This document shows, piece after piece, positions 1-10,300 of a stretch of DNA of 64,000 nucleotides. The DNA is from Arcticibacter sp. (GTDB lineage: Bacteria; Bacteroidota; Bacteroidia; 2-12-FULL-35-15), in contig JAJNQB010000019.1 of NCBI GenBank assembly GCA_021155045.1, positions 198,814-262,813 on the forward strand, written 5' to 3'. The translations under genes and the position numbers were made by a program. The notes under the pieces are model-generated. The model did no database searches. It was not told where the DNA came from and worked only from the letters and a program-made list of their open reading frames with translations. Numbering within the stretch: the first letter of the stretch is position 1; the number at the start of each line of letters is the position of its first letter.

Positions 1-236
1 CTTGAAATACTTAAAACATTGTCTTTTATTTCTGTTTTTATTTTAGATAAATCATCAGCTTGGGACTCAACTTTTATACTATTTGATTCCGATTGAGAAA
101 TATAAACAGTAAAATTATCTCCAACAGAAATGCCCGTAAATTCTTCTAATAGTTTTGATTCTTGCGCAACAATAGTTCCTGTTGCTATAACAGAAAGTAT
201 GAATGCTGATTTGATTTTTTTTGAGATTGATTCCAT
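1..236 (-). CDS. Partial CDS (N-terminal ~78 aa): exported protein, DUF2807/GIN-domain-like
   Basis: Reverse-complement translation from the ATG at 236 gives MESISKKIKSAFILSVIATGTIVAQESKLLEEFTGISVGDNFTVYISQ... This is a signal peptide followed by the F.GI.V.G.F.V pattern typical of DUF2807 proteins. The ORF runs off the window edge. Confidence 0.4.
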   Translation of the reverse strand, partial: MESISKKIKSAFILSVIATGTIVAQESKLLEEFTGISVGDNFTVYISQSESNSIKVESQADDLSKIKTEIKDNVLSIS

Positions 237-336
237 TTTTATAAAGTTTATAATTGTTTTTAAAATTTAGCGCTATTTGTTGTTTTGTGAATAGGACGCC
301 TAACTATTTTTAAAAGTTACAGGGAGGTATAAATAA

Positions 337-1221
337 TTACAGCAGTATGTTGTCAATTAATCTTACGTTGCCTAATTTTAGAGCAACGCAGGCAACTGCA
401 TTTTGTTTATTATTAAAGGAAGTTAAAGGTTGAAGCGTTAAAGTATCAACTATATCGAAGTATTCTAATTGCATTTGGTTTTCTTTTTCGAGCTGTGTTT
501 TTGCAAACTTAATTAGTTCGGAAGGCGAATTATTTTTTGCCATTTCTTTTACACTACTTAATGTTTTATATATCAAAGGCGCAATTCTTCTTTCTTCTTT
601 GGTTAAACGGATGTTTCTTGAACTCATTGCTAAACCATCTTTTTCTCTAATTGTAGAACAAGAAATAATTTCGATTTTAAAATCCATCTGTTGCACCATA
701 CTCTTAATAATTGCTAATTGCTGAAAATCTTTTTGCCCAAAAAATGCTTTGTTGGGTTCTACAATTTTAAAAAGTTTACTTACAATTTGTGCTACTCCAT
801 TAAAATGTCCAGGACGATGTGCGCCTTCCATTACTTTATCTAATATTCCGAAATCAATATTTTTTCCTTCAGACCAAGAATCATCTTCTATATTCTGGTT
901 TTTTAGTTCTAATTCTTTTTCGGAGTATATTTCGTTTACTTCAGGCACAAAAACAATATCACAACCTACACTTTCAAGTAAAGTGCAATCTTTTTGTAAT
1001 GTTCGAGGGTATTTTTCTAAATCTTTAGGGTCGTTAAATTGTGTTGGATTCACAAAAATGCTGGAAACAACAGTATCGGAATTTTGCTTAGCTTGCTTAA
1101 CTAAAAATGCATGACCTTGGTGTAAAGCACCCATCGTTGGTACAAAACCAACAGTTTTGTTGTTAGTATGGATACTATTTAGGTGGTTTTTGAGTTCTGC
1201 TATTGTTTTAAATATAAACAT
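337..1221 (-). CDS. panC: Pantoate--beta-alanine ligase
   Basis: 294 aa with VGFVPTMGALHQGHAFLV and GQKDFQQ motifs. Full-length PanC architecture. Confidence 0.95.
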   Translation of the reverse strand: MFIFKTIAELKNHLNSIHTNNKTVGFVPTMGALHQGHAFLVKQAKQNSDTVVSSIFVNPTQFNDPKDLEKYPRTLQKDCTLLESVGCDIVFVPEVNEIYSEKELELKNQNIEDDSWSEGKNIDFGILDKVMEGAHRPGHFNGVAQIVSKLFKIVEPNKAFFGQKDFQQLAIIKSMVQQMDFKIEIISCSTIREKDGLAMSSRNIRLTKEERRIAPLIYKTLSSVKEMAKNNSPSELIKFAKTQLEKENQMQLEYFDIVDTLTLQPLTSFNNKQNAVACVALKLGNVRLIDNILL

Positions 1222-1377
1222 GTAATCTAAAAGGTGTTAAAAACTAACAAAATCAATACTAATAGCCGTTTTTTTTCGATTAAGGGGAGCAAATCTATTG
1301 ATAAAACTTTGAAATCTCGGTTTTTTTTTCGTAATTTTGCTTACTTTTTTGAAAACTAACCTTATTAAAACTACCGC

Positions 1378-2208
1378 ATGAAGAAGAAAGCAAGAGTTCT
1401 GTTTGTATCACAAGAAGTTACCCCTTATTTAGATGAAACTCCGATGGGACTTATCGGTCGCCACTTACCACAAGGTATTCAGGAGCGCGGAAAAGAGATT
1501 CGATTGTTTATGCCAAAGTATGGTTGTATTAACGAAAGAAGAAACCAATTACATGAAGTAATTCGGCTTTCTGGTATGAACCTTATAATAGAAGATACCG
1601 ACCATCCTTTAATTATTAAGGTTGCTTCTATTCAGTCTGCTCGTATGCAGGTTTATTTTATTGATAATCAAGAATATTTCGAAAGAAAACACGTTTTGGT
1701 TGATAAAAAAGGAGCTCATTTTGCTGATAATGATGAGCGTTCTATTTTCTTTTGCCGTGGGGTAATTGAAACAGTAAAAAAATTAGGCTGGGCTCCAGAT
1801 GTTGTTCATTTGCATGGATGGTTTACTGGATTAACAGCATTATACTTAAAAAAATCATTTAAGGACAATCCTCTATTTGCAGATACAAAAATTGTGTATT
1901 CTGTTTATGACGATGAATTTACAACACCTTTACACAAAGATTTTGCTAAAAAAGTAATTTTTGAAGGAATTGAAAAATCGGATGTAGAATTATTAAAAAC
2001 GCCTAACTTTGTTAACGTAAATAAAGCAATTATTGATTTAGCGGATGCTGTTATTAAAGGAAGCCCGAAAATCAATAGCGATATTGATAAATACATAAAA
2101 AAATCAGGAAAATTGGTACTAGACTATCAATCATCTGATGATTATGTGAATGCATATTCAGAGTTCTATGATGCCGTATTAGAAGGCGTTGAAGAGCTAG
2201 TAGATTAA
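1378..2208 (+). CDS. Glycogen/starch synthase-like protein, N-terminal (GT5) half only
   Basis: 276 aa. VLFVSQEVTPY..., MPKYG and HLHGWFTG resemble the GlgA N-domain, but the C-terminal GT1 domain is absent. The position beside panC is typical for Bacteroidota. Confidence 0.8.
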   Translation: MKKKARVLFVSQEVTPYLDETPMGLIGRHLPQGIQERGKEIRLFMPKYGCINERRNQLHEVIRLSGMNLIIEDTDHPLIIKVASIQSARMQVYFIDNQEYFERKHVLVDKKGAHFADNDERSIFFCRGVIETVKKLGWAPDVVHLHGWFTGLTALYLKKSFKDNPLFADTKIVYSVYDDEFTTPLHKDFAKKVIFEGIEKSDVELLKTPNFVNVNKAIIDLADAVIKGSPKINSDIDKYIKKSGKLVLDYQSSDDYVNAYSEFYDAVLEGVEELVD

Positions 2209-2216
2209 AAAAATAT

Positions 2217-3608
2217 ATGATAAAAAGAATAAAATTTAATGATAATATTTTGTCCCGAGTGGTCGGGACAAAATTTTTTATACCCACTCTTGTTTCGGTT
2301 ACTTTAGTCTTTTCTGCTTGCGACAAAGCATCTGTTGTTGGTTTGGATGTACAACCTCAAGATGATTTACTAAATGTTCGATACATTGATACCACTACAT
2401 TACAAGCGAGAACGGTTAAATCAGATTCATTAAGAACGGATGAAACAGTTATCACAACAGGAGATGCTTTGCTGGGGAAGTATGTTGATCCTTATTTTGG
2501 CACTTCAAGTGCAAGTATTTACACACAATTAAGATTACCAACAACAAATCCTTCATTTGGACAAAATCCTACGGTTGATAGCGCTTGGTTGTGCTTAGTA
2601 TATAATTCATCTTCTTATTATGGTGATACACTTGCAACTCAAACATTAAATGTATATCAATTAATGGATGAATTAAAAGCAGAAGATGATTTCTATTCAA
2701 ATTCTACAAAACCAAGATTTACTCCAGATTTAGCCGGGTCATTCAGTTTTAATCCCAAGCCAAAAGATAGTGTATCATTTGATTCGGGGCGTCAAAAACC
2801 TCAAATTAAAATTCCAATAAATACTCTTTTTGCACAAGTTATATTGCAACAACAAGGTCAGAGCACCTTTGCTAATAGTGCAAATTTTCAAAGTTTTGTA
2901 AAAGGGCTTTATATTACAACTGAAAATACTTCGTTGGTAAGTGGGCAAGGTGCGATTATGTATTTAAAAATGAACGATGTTAAATCTCGTATGGTTGTAT
3001 ATTATCATAATGATACTGGAACATACGAAAAAAAATATGAATTTAGTTTAACAAATACTGCTCGTTTTACTAATTTTAAACATGATTATACCTCAAGTGT
3101 TCATTCCAGTTTGGCTAGTCAATTAGGAACAACTCCGCAAGACACAAATTCAAAAGTATTTGTACAAGCAATGGCGGGATTGAGAGCAAAAGTAACTTTT
3201 CCTTATTTGAAAAATATAAATGATTCAGGAAGAGTTGCTGTAAATAAAGCTGTTTTGGTTGTTAAAGTGGATACAACAATAAATTCTTACGCAGATTTAA
3301 AAACCTATCCAGCGCCACCTACAATGGTATTATTTGAAATAAAAGATGATGGAACAAGCGGTGTTGTTTCTCCCGATTATTTTGAAGGCTCCAATTATTT
3401 TGGAGGAACATACAACGCAACAACTAAGGAATATAGTTTTAATATTTCTCGTTATACACAACAAGTCTTATCAGGGCAAAAAAATAATAACGGATTATAC
3501 ATACTTGTTTCTAGTGGTTCTATCTTAGCAAACAGAATTGTTTTGGGCGGAGGAAACAGCACTAATTTTAAAATGAAATTAAATATTACTTATACAAAAC
3601 TACATTAA
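2217..3608 (+). CDS. DUF4270-like lipoprotein
   Basis: 463 aa with a lipoprotein signal (LVFSAC). Size and position after the glgA-like gene match the DUF4270 family. The assignment is from memory of the synteny, not from a search. Confidence 0.6.
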   Translation: MIKRIKFNDNILSRVVGTKFFIPTLVSVTLVFSACDKASVVGLDVQPQDDLLNVRYIDTTTLQARTVKSDSLRTDETVITTGDALLGKYVDPYFGTSSASIYTQLRLPTTNPSFGQNPTVDSAWLCLVYNSSSYYGDTLATQTLNVYQLMDELKAEDDFYSNSTKPRFTPDLAGSFSFNPKPKDSVSFDSGRQKPQIKIPINTLFAQVILQQQGQSTFANSANFQSFVKGLYITTENTSLVSGQGAIMYLKMNDVKSRMVVYYHNDTGTYEKKYEFSLTNTARFTNFKHDYTSSVHSSLASQLGTTPQDTNSKVFVQAMAGLRAKVTFPYLKNINDSGRVAVNKAVLVVKVDTTINSYADLKTYPAPPTMVLFEIKDDGTSGVVSPDYFEGSNYFGGTYNATTKEYSFNISRYTQQVLSGQKNNNGLYILVSSGSILANRIVLGGGNSTNFKMKLNITYTKLH

Positions 3609-3613
3609 TTACC

Positions 3614-5452
3614 ATGTGTGGAATAGTTGGATATATCGGAAACAAACAAGCTTATCCTATATTAATAAAAGGACTTCAGCGACTAGAGTACAGAGGCTAC
3701 GATAGTGCAGGTGTTGCCTTGATTGATAATGATTTGAATGTTTATAAATGCAAAGGCAAAGTTGCCGACTTGCATGAATTTATTGGTACAAAAAACACAA
3801 AAGGAACAATTGGTATTGGTCATACTCGATGGGCAACACATGGCGTTCCAAACGATGTAAATGCACACCCTCATTATTCTGCTTCCAAAAATATGGTGAT
3901 GATTCATAATGGAATCATTGAAAATTATGGGCCATTAAAAGAAGAACTAAAAAATCGTGGGCACATATTTTTAAGTGATACAGATACCGAAGTTTTAATT
4001 CATTTAATAGAAGATATTAAAGAAAAAGAAAATGTTCGCTTAGGCGAAGCTGTTCGTATAGCACTTAATCAAGTAGTAGGAGCGTATGCTATTGTAATTT
4101 TATCAAAAGAAAATCCTGACGAATTATTTGCAGCAAAAAAAGGTAGTCCAATGGTAATTGGAATAGGTGAAGATGAATTTTTTATTGCTTCAGATGCTAC
4201 GCCTATTGTTGAATACACAAAAAATGTAGTTTATCTTGAAGATGAAGAAATTGCTTTTATTGAAAGAGGAAAGGAATTAAAAATAAAAACAATTAAAAAT
4301 AAAACTAAAACTCCTTATGTGCAAGAATTGGAGTTACAGTTAGAAGCTTTAGAGAAAGGTGGTTACGACCACTTTATGTTGAAAGAAATATATGAGCAAC
4401 CCCGTTCTATAAAAGATAGTATGCGTGGACGTTTGAGTGTTGAAAAAGCGATTGTTAATTTAGGTGGAATAACAGAATATGAGCAAAAATTTATAAATGC
4501 AAAACGAATTATTTTTGTTGCTTGTGGTACTTCTTGGCATGCAGGACTTGTTGGCGAATATTTATTTGAAGATTTAGCACGCATCCCTGTTGAGGTAGAA
4601 TATGCTTCTGAATTTCGTTATCGTAACCCAATCGTTTATGAAGACGATGTGGTAATAGCTATTTCTCAATCGGGAGAAACTGCTGATACTTTAGCAGCTA
4701 TTGAATTAGCAAAATCGAAAGGGGCAACAATTATTGGAATTTGTAATGTAGTGGGTTCATCTATTGCTCGTGCAACACATGCTGGTTCATACACACACGC
4801 AGGCCCCGAAATTGGGGTGGCATCTACAAAAGCATTTACTGCACAGGTTACAGTGCTTACTTTAATGGCATTGCGTATTGCTTTTCGAAAAGGAACAATT
4901 TCTGCTTCTCGTTTTCATGAATTAATAGCTGAATTAGAAGCAATTCCTGAAAAAGTAGAACGTGTGCTACAAACAAATGATAAAATAAAATACATTGCAG
5001 ATATTTATAAAAATTCAAGCAATGCTTTGTATTTAGGTCGTGGATACAGCTTTCCTGTTGCTTTAGAAGGCGCATTAAAATTAAAAGAGATTTCTTACAT
5101 ACATGCCGAAGGTTATCCTGCTGCTGAGATGAAACACGGACCAATTGCACTGATTGACGAAGAAATGCCTGTGTTTGTAATTGCAACAAAAGGTACATCT
5201 TACGAAAAAGTTGTAAGTAACATTCAAGAAGTAAAAGCAAGAAAAGGAAAAATTATAGCTATTGTAACCGAAGGAGACAAGCAAGTAAAAGAAATGGCAG
5301 ATTATACAATTGAAATTCCTGAGACAGATGAAGTGTTGGTTCCATTAGTTTCTGTTATTCCATTACAATTATTATCCTATCACATAGCTGTAATGCGTGG
5401 TTGTAACGTTGATCAGCCAAGGAATCTTGCAAAATCAGTTACAGTAGAATAA
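3614..5452 (+). CDS. glmS: Glutamine--fructose-6-phosphate aminotransferase
   Basis: 612 aa. MCGIVGY N-terminal nucleophile, two SIS domains, C-terminal DQPRNLAKSVTVE. Confidence 0.97.
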   Translation: MCGIVGYIGNKQAYPILIKGLQRLEYRGYDSAGVALIDNDLNVYKCKGKVADLHEFIGTKNTKGTIGIGHTRWATHGVPNDVNAHPHYSASKNMVMIHNGIIENYGPLKEELKNRGHIFLSDTDTEVLIHLIEDIKEKENVRLGEAVRIALNQVVGAYAIVILSKENPDELFAAKKGSPMVIGIGEDEFFIASDATPIVEYTKNVVYLEDEEIAFIERGKELKIKTIKNKTKTPYVQELELQLEALEKGGYDHFMLKEIYEQPRSIKDSMRGRLSVEKAIVNLGGITEYEQKFINAKRIIFVACGTSWHAGLVGEYLFEDLARIPVEVEYASEFRYRNPIVYEDDVVIAISQSGETADTLAAIELAKSKGATIIGICNVVGSSIARATHAGSYTHAGPEIGVASTKAFTAQVTVLTLMALRIAFRKGTISASRFHELIAELEAIPEKVERVLQTNDKIKYIADIYKNSSNALYLGRGYSFPVALEGALKLKEISYIHAEGYPAAEMKHGPIALIDEEMPVFVIATKGTSYEKVVSNIQEVKARKGKIIAIVTEGDKQVKEMADYTIEIPETDEVLVPLVSVIPLQLLSYHIAVMRGCNVDQPRNLAKSVTVE

Positions 5453-5473
5453 ATAAAAAATAAAATTTTAAAA

Positions 5474-5504
5474 ACAAAAGCACGAAAGTGCTTTTGTTTT
5501 TTTT
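5474..5504 (+). terminator. Rho-independent terminator after glmS
   Basis: Stem acaaaagcac / gtgcttttgt with a gaaa loop, followed by a T-run. Confidence 0.7.
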
Positions 5505-5533
5505 GTAAATTAGTTTCTCCTAAAACAGCAGAA

Positions 5534-7555
5534 TTGATTAGCCCAGAAGACATAGAAAGAATTATTGATGCCGCAAAAATTGAAGAGGTGGTTGCTGATT
5601 ACGTTAACTTAAAAAAACGTGGAGCAAATTACATTGGTCATTGCCCTTTTCATGATGAAAAAACGCCTTCGTTTTATGTTTCTCCAAGCAAAGGAATTTG
5701 CAAATGTTTTGGCTGTGGGAAAGGCGGGAACTCTGTAAATTTTATCATGCTGAAAGAAACTTTAGCTTACCCAGATGCTTTACGTTTATTAGCTAAAAAG
5801 TTCAATGTAGAAATTACAGAAGAAAAACCAACAGAAGAACAATTACAATCACAAAATACACGCGAAAGTCTATTTGTGGTTTCATCATTTGCACAAAAAC
5901 ATTTTTCAGAAAACTTATATAATACAGATGAAGGTAAATCAGTTGGCTTAGGCTATTTTAAAGAAAGGACCTTACGTGAAGACATCATTCAAAAATTTCA
6001 ATTAGGCTACGCCATAAACAAACGAACTGCTTTTACTGATATTGCAATAGCAACGGGGCATAAAGCCGAATATCTTGTAAAATCAGGGCTTTCGATAGAA
6101 TTTGTGAATGAGCGTTCGCAAGAAACAACAGATGAAGCAGCACAACAACAAGCTCCAGAAATACGTTATGTGGATAGATTTTTTGGAAGGGTTATTTTCC
6201 CCATACATAACGTAAGTGGAAGAGTTATTGGTTTTGGTGGTAGAACATTAAAAACAGATACTAAAAAAGTTGCGAAATACATTAACTCTCCTGAGTCTGA
6301 AATTTATCACAAAGGTGATGTGTTGTACGGATTGTTTCAATCGAAAAGTGCAATAGCAAAAGAAAAATTTTGTTTTGTTGTAGAGGGTTACATGGATGTA
6401 ATTGCCATGCACCAGGCAGGAATTGAGAATGTGGTTTCAAGTAGTGGAACATCCTTAACTACAGGGCAAATAAAACAGTTGAAACGTTTTACAGATGAAG
6501 TTATCATTGCTTACGATGGTGATGCAGCTGGAATAAATGCTTCGTTACGAGGAGTAGATTTATTGTTGGAAGAAGGAATGAATGTGAAAGTACTTTTGTT
6601 TCCTGATGGTGATGACCCTGATTCATATTCTAAAAAAGTAAGTACAGCAGAGTTGAAAAACTTCATCAAAGAAAATGCACAAGATTTTATTTCATACAAA
6701 GCACAAATTTTAACACATAAATCGGAAAATAATCCGATTGAAAAGGCAAATGCAATTAAAAGCATCGTTGAAAGCGTTGCATTGATACCAGAAGCAATTT
6801 TTCGTTCGGTTTACATAAAAGAATGTAGTCGAATAATGAAAGTAGAAGAAGAAATTTTGATTAATGAAGTTAATAAAATTCGTTCTAAAAATTTTCAAGA
6901 AAAACATAAGAGAGATAAAAGTATAGCTGAACAACAGCAGGGAGTTGAAGAAAGTAGTGATTACTTAATCGAAGAAAAAAAGCAACAAGAACAAAATTAT
7001 TTTAATGCTGAATTTCAAGAAAGAGATATTGTGAGAATACTTATAAATTTTGGAAATAAAATAGTAGAAGTAGAAGGGGAAGATGATGAAAAAAAACCCA
7101 TAAAAATTGAAACCACAGTTGCAGAAATTATAACTCACGAACTTCAAAACGATAATATTGTGTTAGAAAACATTGTGTATAACACTATTTACAATGAGTT
7201 TGTGGAAAAAATAAATTCACATCAAATTCCAGATTTTAATTATTTTGTAAACCATCAAAACCAGAGCATTTGCTTTTTAGCTGTTGATTTAATGAGCACA
7301 CCTTATAGTTTATCAAACTGGGAAGCACAAAATATTTTTACTACGAAAGAAGAAGACGATATTAAAAAGTCTGCTTATAATGCTATTTATTCTTTAAAAA
7401 GCAGAAGAATAGAAATCATGATTGATGATATTCAAAAACGGCTAAAAGATAATACTAATGAGGAAGAGTATATTGAGTTAATTCAGTTGCATCAAAATTT
7501 ATTGAAAGCGAAAAAAGAATTTAATTCATTGTTGGGTAGAGTGGTTGTGAAATAA
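5534..7555 (+). CDS. dnaG: DNA primase
   Basis: 673 aa with a TTG start. Zinc ribbon CPFHDEKTPSF...CFGCG, and a TOPRIM region (VVEGYMDV, YDGDAAG). Confidence 0.93.
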   Translation: MISPEDIERIIDAAKIEEVVADYVNLKKRGANYIGHCPFHDEKTPSFYVSPSKGICKCFGCGKGGNSVNFIMLKETLAYPDALRLLAKKFNVEITEEKPTEEQLQSQNTRESLFVVSSFAQKHFSENLYNTDEGKSVGLGYFKERTLREDIIQKFQLGYAINKRTAFTDIAIATGHKAEYLVKSGLSIEFVNERSQETTDEAAQQQAPEIRYVDRFFGRVIFPIHNVSGRVIGFGGRTLKTDTKKVAKYINSPESEIYHKGDVLYGLFQSKSAIAKEKFCFVVEGYMDVIAMHQAGIENVVSSSGTSLTTGQIKQLKRFTDEVIIAYDGDAAGINASLRGVDLLLEEGMNVKVLLFPDGDDPDSYSKKVSTAELKNFIKENAQDFISYKAQILTHKSENNPIEKANAIKSIVESVALIPEAIFRSVYIKECSRIMKVEEEILINEVNKIRSKNFQEKHKRDKSIAEQQQGVEESSDYLIEEKKQQEQNYFNAEFQERDIVRILINFGNKIVEVEGEDDEKKPIKIETTVAEIITHELQNDNIVLENIVYNTIYNEFVEKINSHQIPDFNYFVNHQNQSICFLAVDLMSTPYSLSNWEAQNIFTTKEEDDIKKSAYNAIYSLKSRRIEIMIDDIQKRLKDNTNEEEYIELIQLHQNLLKAKKEFNSLLGRVVVK

Positions 7556-7572
7556 TCTGAAATTATACTCAT

Positions 7573-7609
7573 AAAAAAAGCGAAGTAAATTTTTTTACTT
7601 CGCTTTTTT
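7573..7609. terminator. Bidirectional hairpin terminator between convergent dnaG and asnS
   Basis: The arm agcgaagtaaa pairs with tttacttcgct across a tttt loop. It is flanked by an A-run and a T-run. Confidence 0.7.
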
Positions 7610-7621
7610 AGAGTTCAAAAA

Positions 7622-9064
7622 TTAAAACTCTGCTGATTTTGGTGTTCTTGGGAAAGCAATTACGTCACGTATGTTTGTCATTCCTGTTACAAATAAAACC
7701 AAACGTTCAAACCCTAAACCAAATCCAGCATGTGGTGCTGTTCCAAATCTGCGAGTATCCAAATACCAGTATAATTCTTCAGCAGGGATATTTAATTCTT
7801 TCATTCGGTTTTCTAAAAGTTCTAAACGTTCCTCTCGTTGTGAGCCTCCAACAATTTCTCCAATGCCGGGGAATAAGATATCCATTGCACGTACTGTTTT
7901 TCCATCATCGTTTTGGCGCATATAAAACGATTTTATTTCTTTTGGATAATCAGTAAGGATAACAGGTTTTTTAAAATGTTTTTCAACCAAAAAGCGCTCA
8001 TGTTCACTTTGTAAATCTGCTCCCCAAGAATCAATTAAATATTTGAATTTTTTCTTTTTGTTGGGTGTTGAATTTTTTAAAATTTCAATTGCTTCTGTAT
8101 AAGTTAATCTTTCAAAATCATTGTTCAAACAAAAATTTAATTTCGCTGCTAGATCTAGTTCCGAACGTTCATCTTGCGGTTTTTGTTTCTCTTCTTCCAG
8201 CAAACGATTTTTCAAAAATTCAATTTCGTCAGCACACGTATCCATTGCATGTTTAATAACATACTTTAATAAATCTTCTGCTAATTGCATGTTATCTTTT
8301 AAATCATAAAAAGCCATTTCTGGTTCTATCATCCAAAATTCTGCAAGGTGGCGTGTGGTGTTAGAGTTTTCGGCACGAAATGTTGGACCGAATGTATAAA
8401 TATCTCCAAAAGCCATGGCAGCAAGTTCACCTTCCAATTGTCCGCTAACAGTTAAATTAGTGGATTTTCCAAAAAAATCTTGTTTAAAATCTACCTTGCC
8501 TTCTTCTGTTCGCGGGGTATTATCAAAATCTAATGTTGTAACACGAAACATTTCTCCAGCACCTTCGGCATCAGATGCAGTAATGATTGGAGTGTGCATG
8601 TAAACAAATCCGCGCTCATTAAAAAATTGGTGAATGGCAAATGCTAACGCATGTCGCACTTTAAATACTGCATTGAATGTATTGGTACGGAAACGTAGAT
8701 GAGCAATTTCTCTTAAAAATTCAAGGCTATGTTTTTTAGGTTGTAATGGAAATTTTTCTGCATCACTATCGCCTAAAATTTCAAGTCGTTTTACTTTTAT
8801 TTCTACTTTTTGTCCTTTACCCAATGATTCAATTAATTCTCCTGTTACGCTAACAGCAGCACCAGTAGTAATACGTTTTAAAGTTGTTTCATCTGTGTTT
8901 TCGAAATCAACAACTGCTTGAATATTGTTTATAGTAGAACCATCATTAATAGCAATGAATTGATTGTTACGAAATGTACGCACCCAACCTTTAACTGTTA
9001 TTATACTTCCAAATGCTGTTGAATTTAACAGCTCCTTAATTTTGGTTCTTTTTGATGTTTCCAT
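7622..9064 (-). CDS. asnS: Asparagine--tRNA ligase
   Basis: 480 aa. Class II aaRS motifs ([30 protein letters not shown]) and the C-terminal [11 protein letters not shown]. Confidence 0.96.
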   Translation of the reverse strand: METSKRTKIKELLNSTAFGSIITVKGWVRTFRNNQFIAINDGSTINNIQAVVDFENTDETTLKRITTGAAVSVTGELIESLGKGQKVEIKVKRLEILGDSDAEKFPLQPKKHSLEFLREIAHLRFRTNTFNAVFKVRHALAFAIHQFFNERGFVYMHTPIITASDAEGAGEMFRVTTLDFDNTPRTEEGKVDFKQDFFGKSTNLTVSGQLEGELAAMAFGDIYTFGPTFRAENSNTTRHLAEFWMIEPEMAFYDLKDNMQLAEDLLKYVIKHAMDTCADEIEFLKNRLLEEEKQKPQDERSELDLAAKLNFCLNNDFERLTYTEAIEILKNSTPNKKKKFKYLIDSWGADLQSEHERFLVEKHFKKPVILTDYPKEIKSFYMRQNDDGKTVRAMDILFPGIGEIVGGSQREERLELLENRMKELNIPAEELYWYLDTRRFGTAPHAGFGLGFERLVLFVTGMTNIRDVIAFPRTPKSAEF

Positions 9065-9137
9065 AATTTTAAAATTCTTTGGACAGCAAAAGTATTAATT
9101 AATCGGGATTAATCCCAACTAATGCAGATAGTTCGGC

Positions 9138-9695
9138 TTATTCTTTGCTTGTTACTGCATAGCTTTTGTTTATTGGTATAAGTTTTAGTTTCATCATTAT
9201 ATCAGTTTGTTCGTCATTACCTAATATGAAAATGTGTTTGTGAAACGCTACAAAACCGTTTTTTTTGTAAAAATTTATTGCTCTCAAATTTTTTTCCCAA
9301 ACTCCCAGCCAAATATAGTCTGCATCTTTTAATTTTGCTATTTGTATTGCTTTATCGTAAAGCAATTGCCCTACATTTTTTCCGTGATATTTTTTTAAAA
9401 CATAAATGCGTTCAATTTCAAGTCCTTTATTGTCTTGCAGTTCTGTTTGCGATTTGCCGAAGTTAAGTTTTAAGTAGCCAATAGAAATATTGTTAAGTGT
9501 AGCAAAATAAAATTCAGCATTTTTGTCGTTAAGTTCTGCAGTCAGTTTATGTATGGAAAAACTTTCATCCAAATATTTTTTCATATTTTCTTCCTTATTT
9601 TCAGCAGAAAAAGTTTCATAAAAGGTTTGTTTGCCAATTTTTTGTAATTGGTAAATGTTTTTTAGGCTTACTTTTTTAATGCTAATATTTGTCAT
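9138..9695 (-). CDS. GNAT family N-acetyltransferase
   Basis: 185 aa. Acetyl-CoA motif region YHGKNVGQLLYDKAIQIAK and FYKKNGF. Confidence 0.8.
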   Translation of the reverse strand: MTNISIKKVSLKNIYQLQKIGKQTFYETFSAENKEENMKKYLDESFSIHKLTAELNDKNAEFYFATLNNISIGYLKLNFGKSQTELQDNKGLEIERIYVLKKYHGKNVGQLLYDKAIQIAKLKDADYIWLGVWEKNLRAINFYKKNGFVAFHKHIFILGNDEQTDIMMKLKLIPINKSYAVTSKE

Positions 9696-9880
9696 TTGTT
9701 TTGTTTGTTATCGTTACTGAGCACTATTTTTTGGCTTAACGAAACTACAAAATTATTCGTTTACAATTGCTTACAAGTGAAAATATCCGCATGTAATTAG
9801 TTAATAACCGAATAAGCTTTTGGGTTTGCCGCATCTTTGCATCGTCAAATAAATTATTAATCATTAAAATCTTAAACATT

Positions 9881-10228
9881 ATGAACGCATTACGTAACAA
9901 AGTGCAATTAATCGGAAACGTGGGTATGAACCCAGAAGTTAAAACCTTAGATGGAGGTAAAAAATTAGCTAAAATTACCATCGCAACAAATGAATCCTAT
10001 AAAAATGCAAAAGGTGAGCGTGTAACAGATACGCAATGGCATAACCTCACTGCATGGGGTAAAACAGCAGATATAATTGAAAAATATTTGAGTAAAGGTT
10101 CTGAAGTGGCTATTGAAGGTAAACTTGTAAATAAAAATTATACCGACAAAGAAGGTGTAAAACGTTACACAACTGAAATTCAAATTTCGGAAATTTTACT
10201 TTTAGGTAGTAAAAAGGATAAAAATTAA
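9881..10228 (+). CDS. ssb: Single-stranded DNA-binding protein paralog lacking the acidic C-terminal tip
   Basis: 115 aa. OB-fold signature NKVQLIGNVG...TQWHNLTAWGK...KRYTTEI. It ends in LLLGSKKDKN with no D-D-(I/L)-P-F tail. Confidence 0.85.
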   Translation: MNALRNKVQLIGNVGMNPEVKTLDGGKKLAKITIATNESYKNAKGERVTDTQWHNLTAWGKTADIIEKYLSKGSEVAIEGKLVNKNYTDKEGVKRYTTEIQISEILLLGSKKDKN

Positions 10229-10250
10229 TCAGCAATTGGTATCGCAAATA

Positions 10251-10283
10251 AAAAGCCTTTCAAATTTTTTTGAAAGGCTTTTT
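10251..10283. terminator. Bidirectional hairpin terminator between ssb paralog and cox cluster
   Basis: aaaagcctttcaaa / tttgaaaggctttt with a tttt loop and T/A runs on both sides. Confidence 0.7.
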
Positions 10284-10300
10284 ATATTTTATAAAAAAAA

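Noticed and set aside
749-1114. Antisense ORFs inside panC (749-1114 and 819-1028, plus strand).
   Set aside because: They lie fully inside a strongly supported gene on the other strand. The translations are low-complexity with no recognisable motifs. The same reasoning applies to most short ORFs in the track that overlap glmS, dnaG, asnS, feoB and similar genes.
9105-9116. Perfect 12-nt palindrome GGGATTAATCCC between the asnS start and the GNAT stop.
   Set aside because: As a hairpin it would have only a 4-bp stem. It occurs once, and no regulator context suggests an operator.
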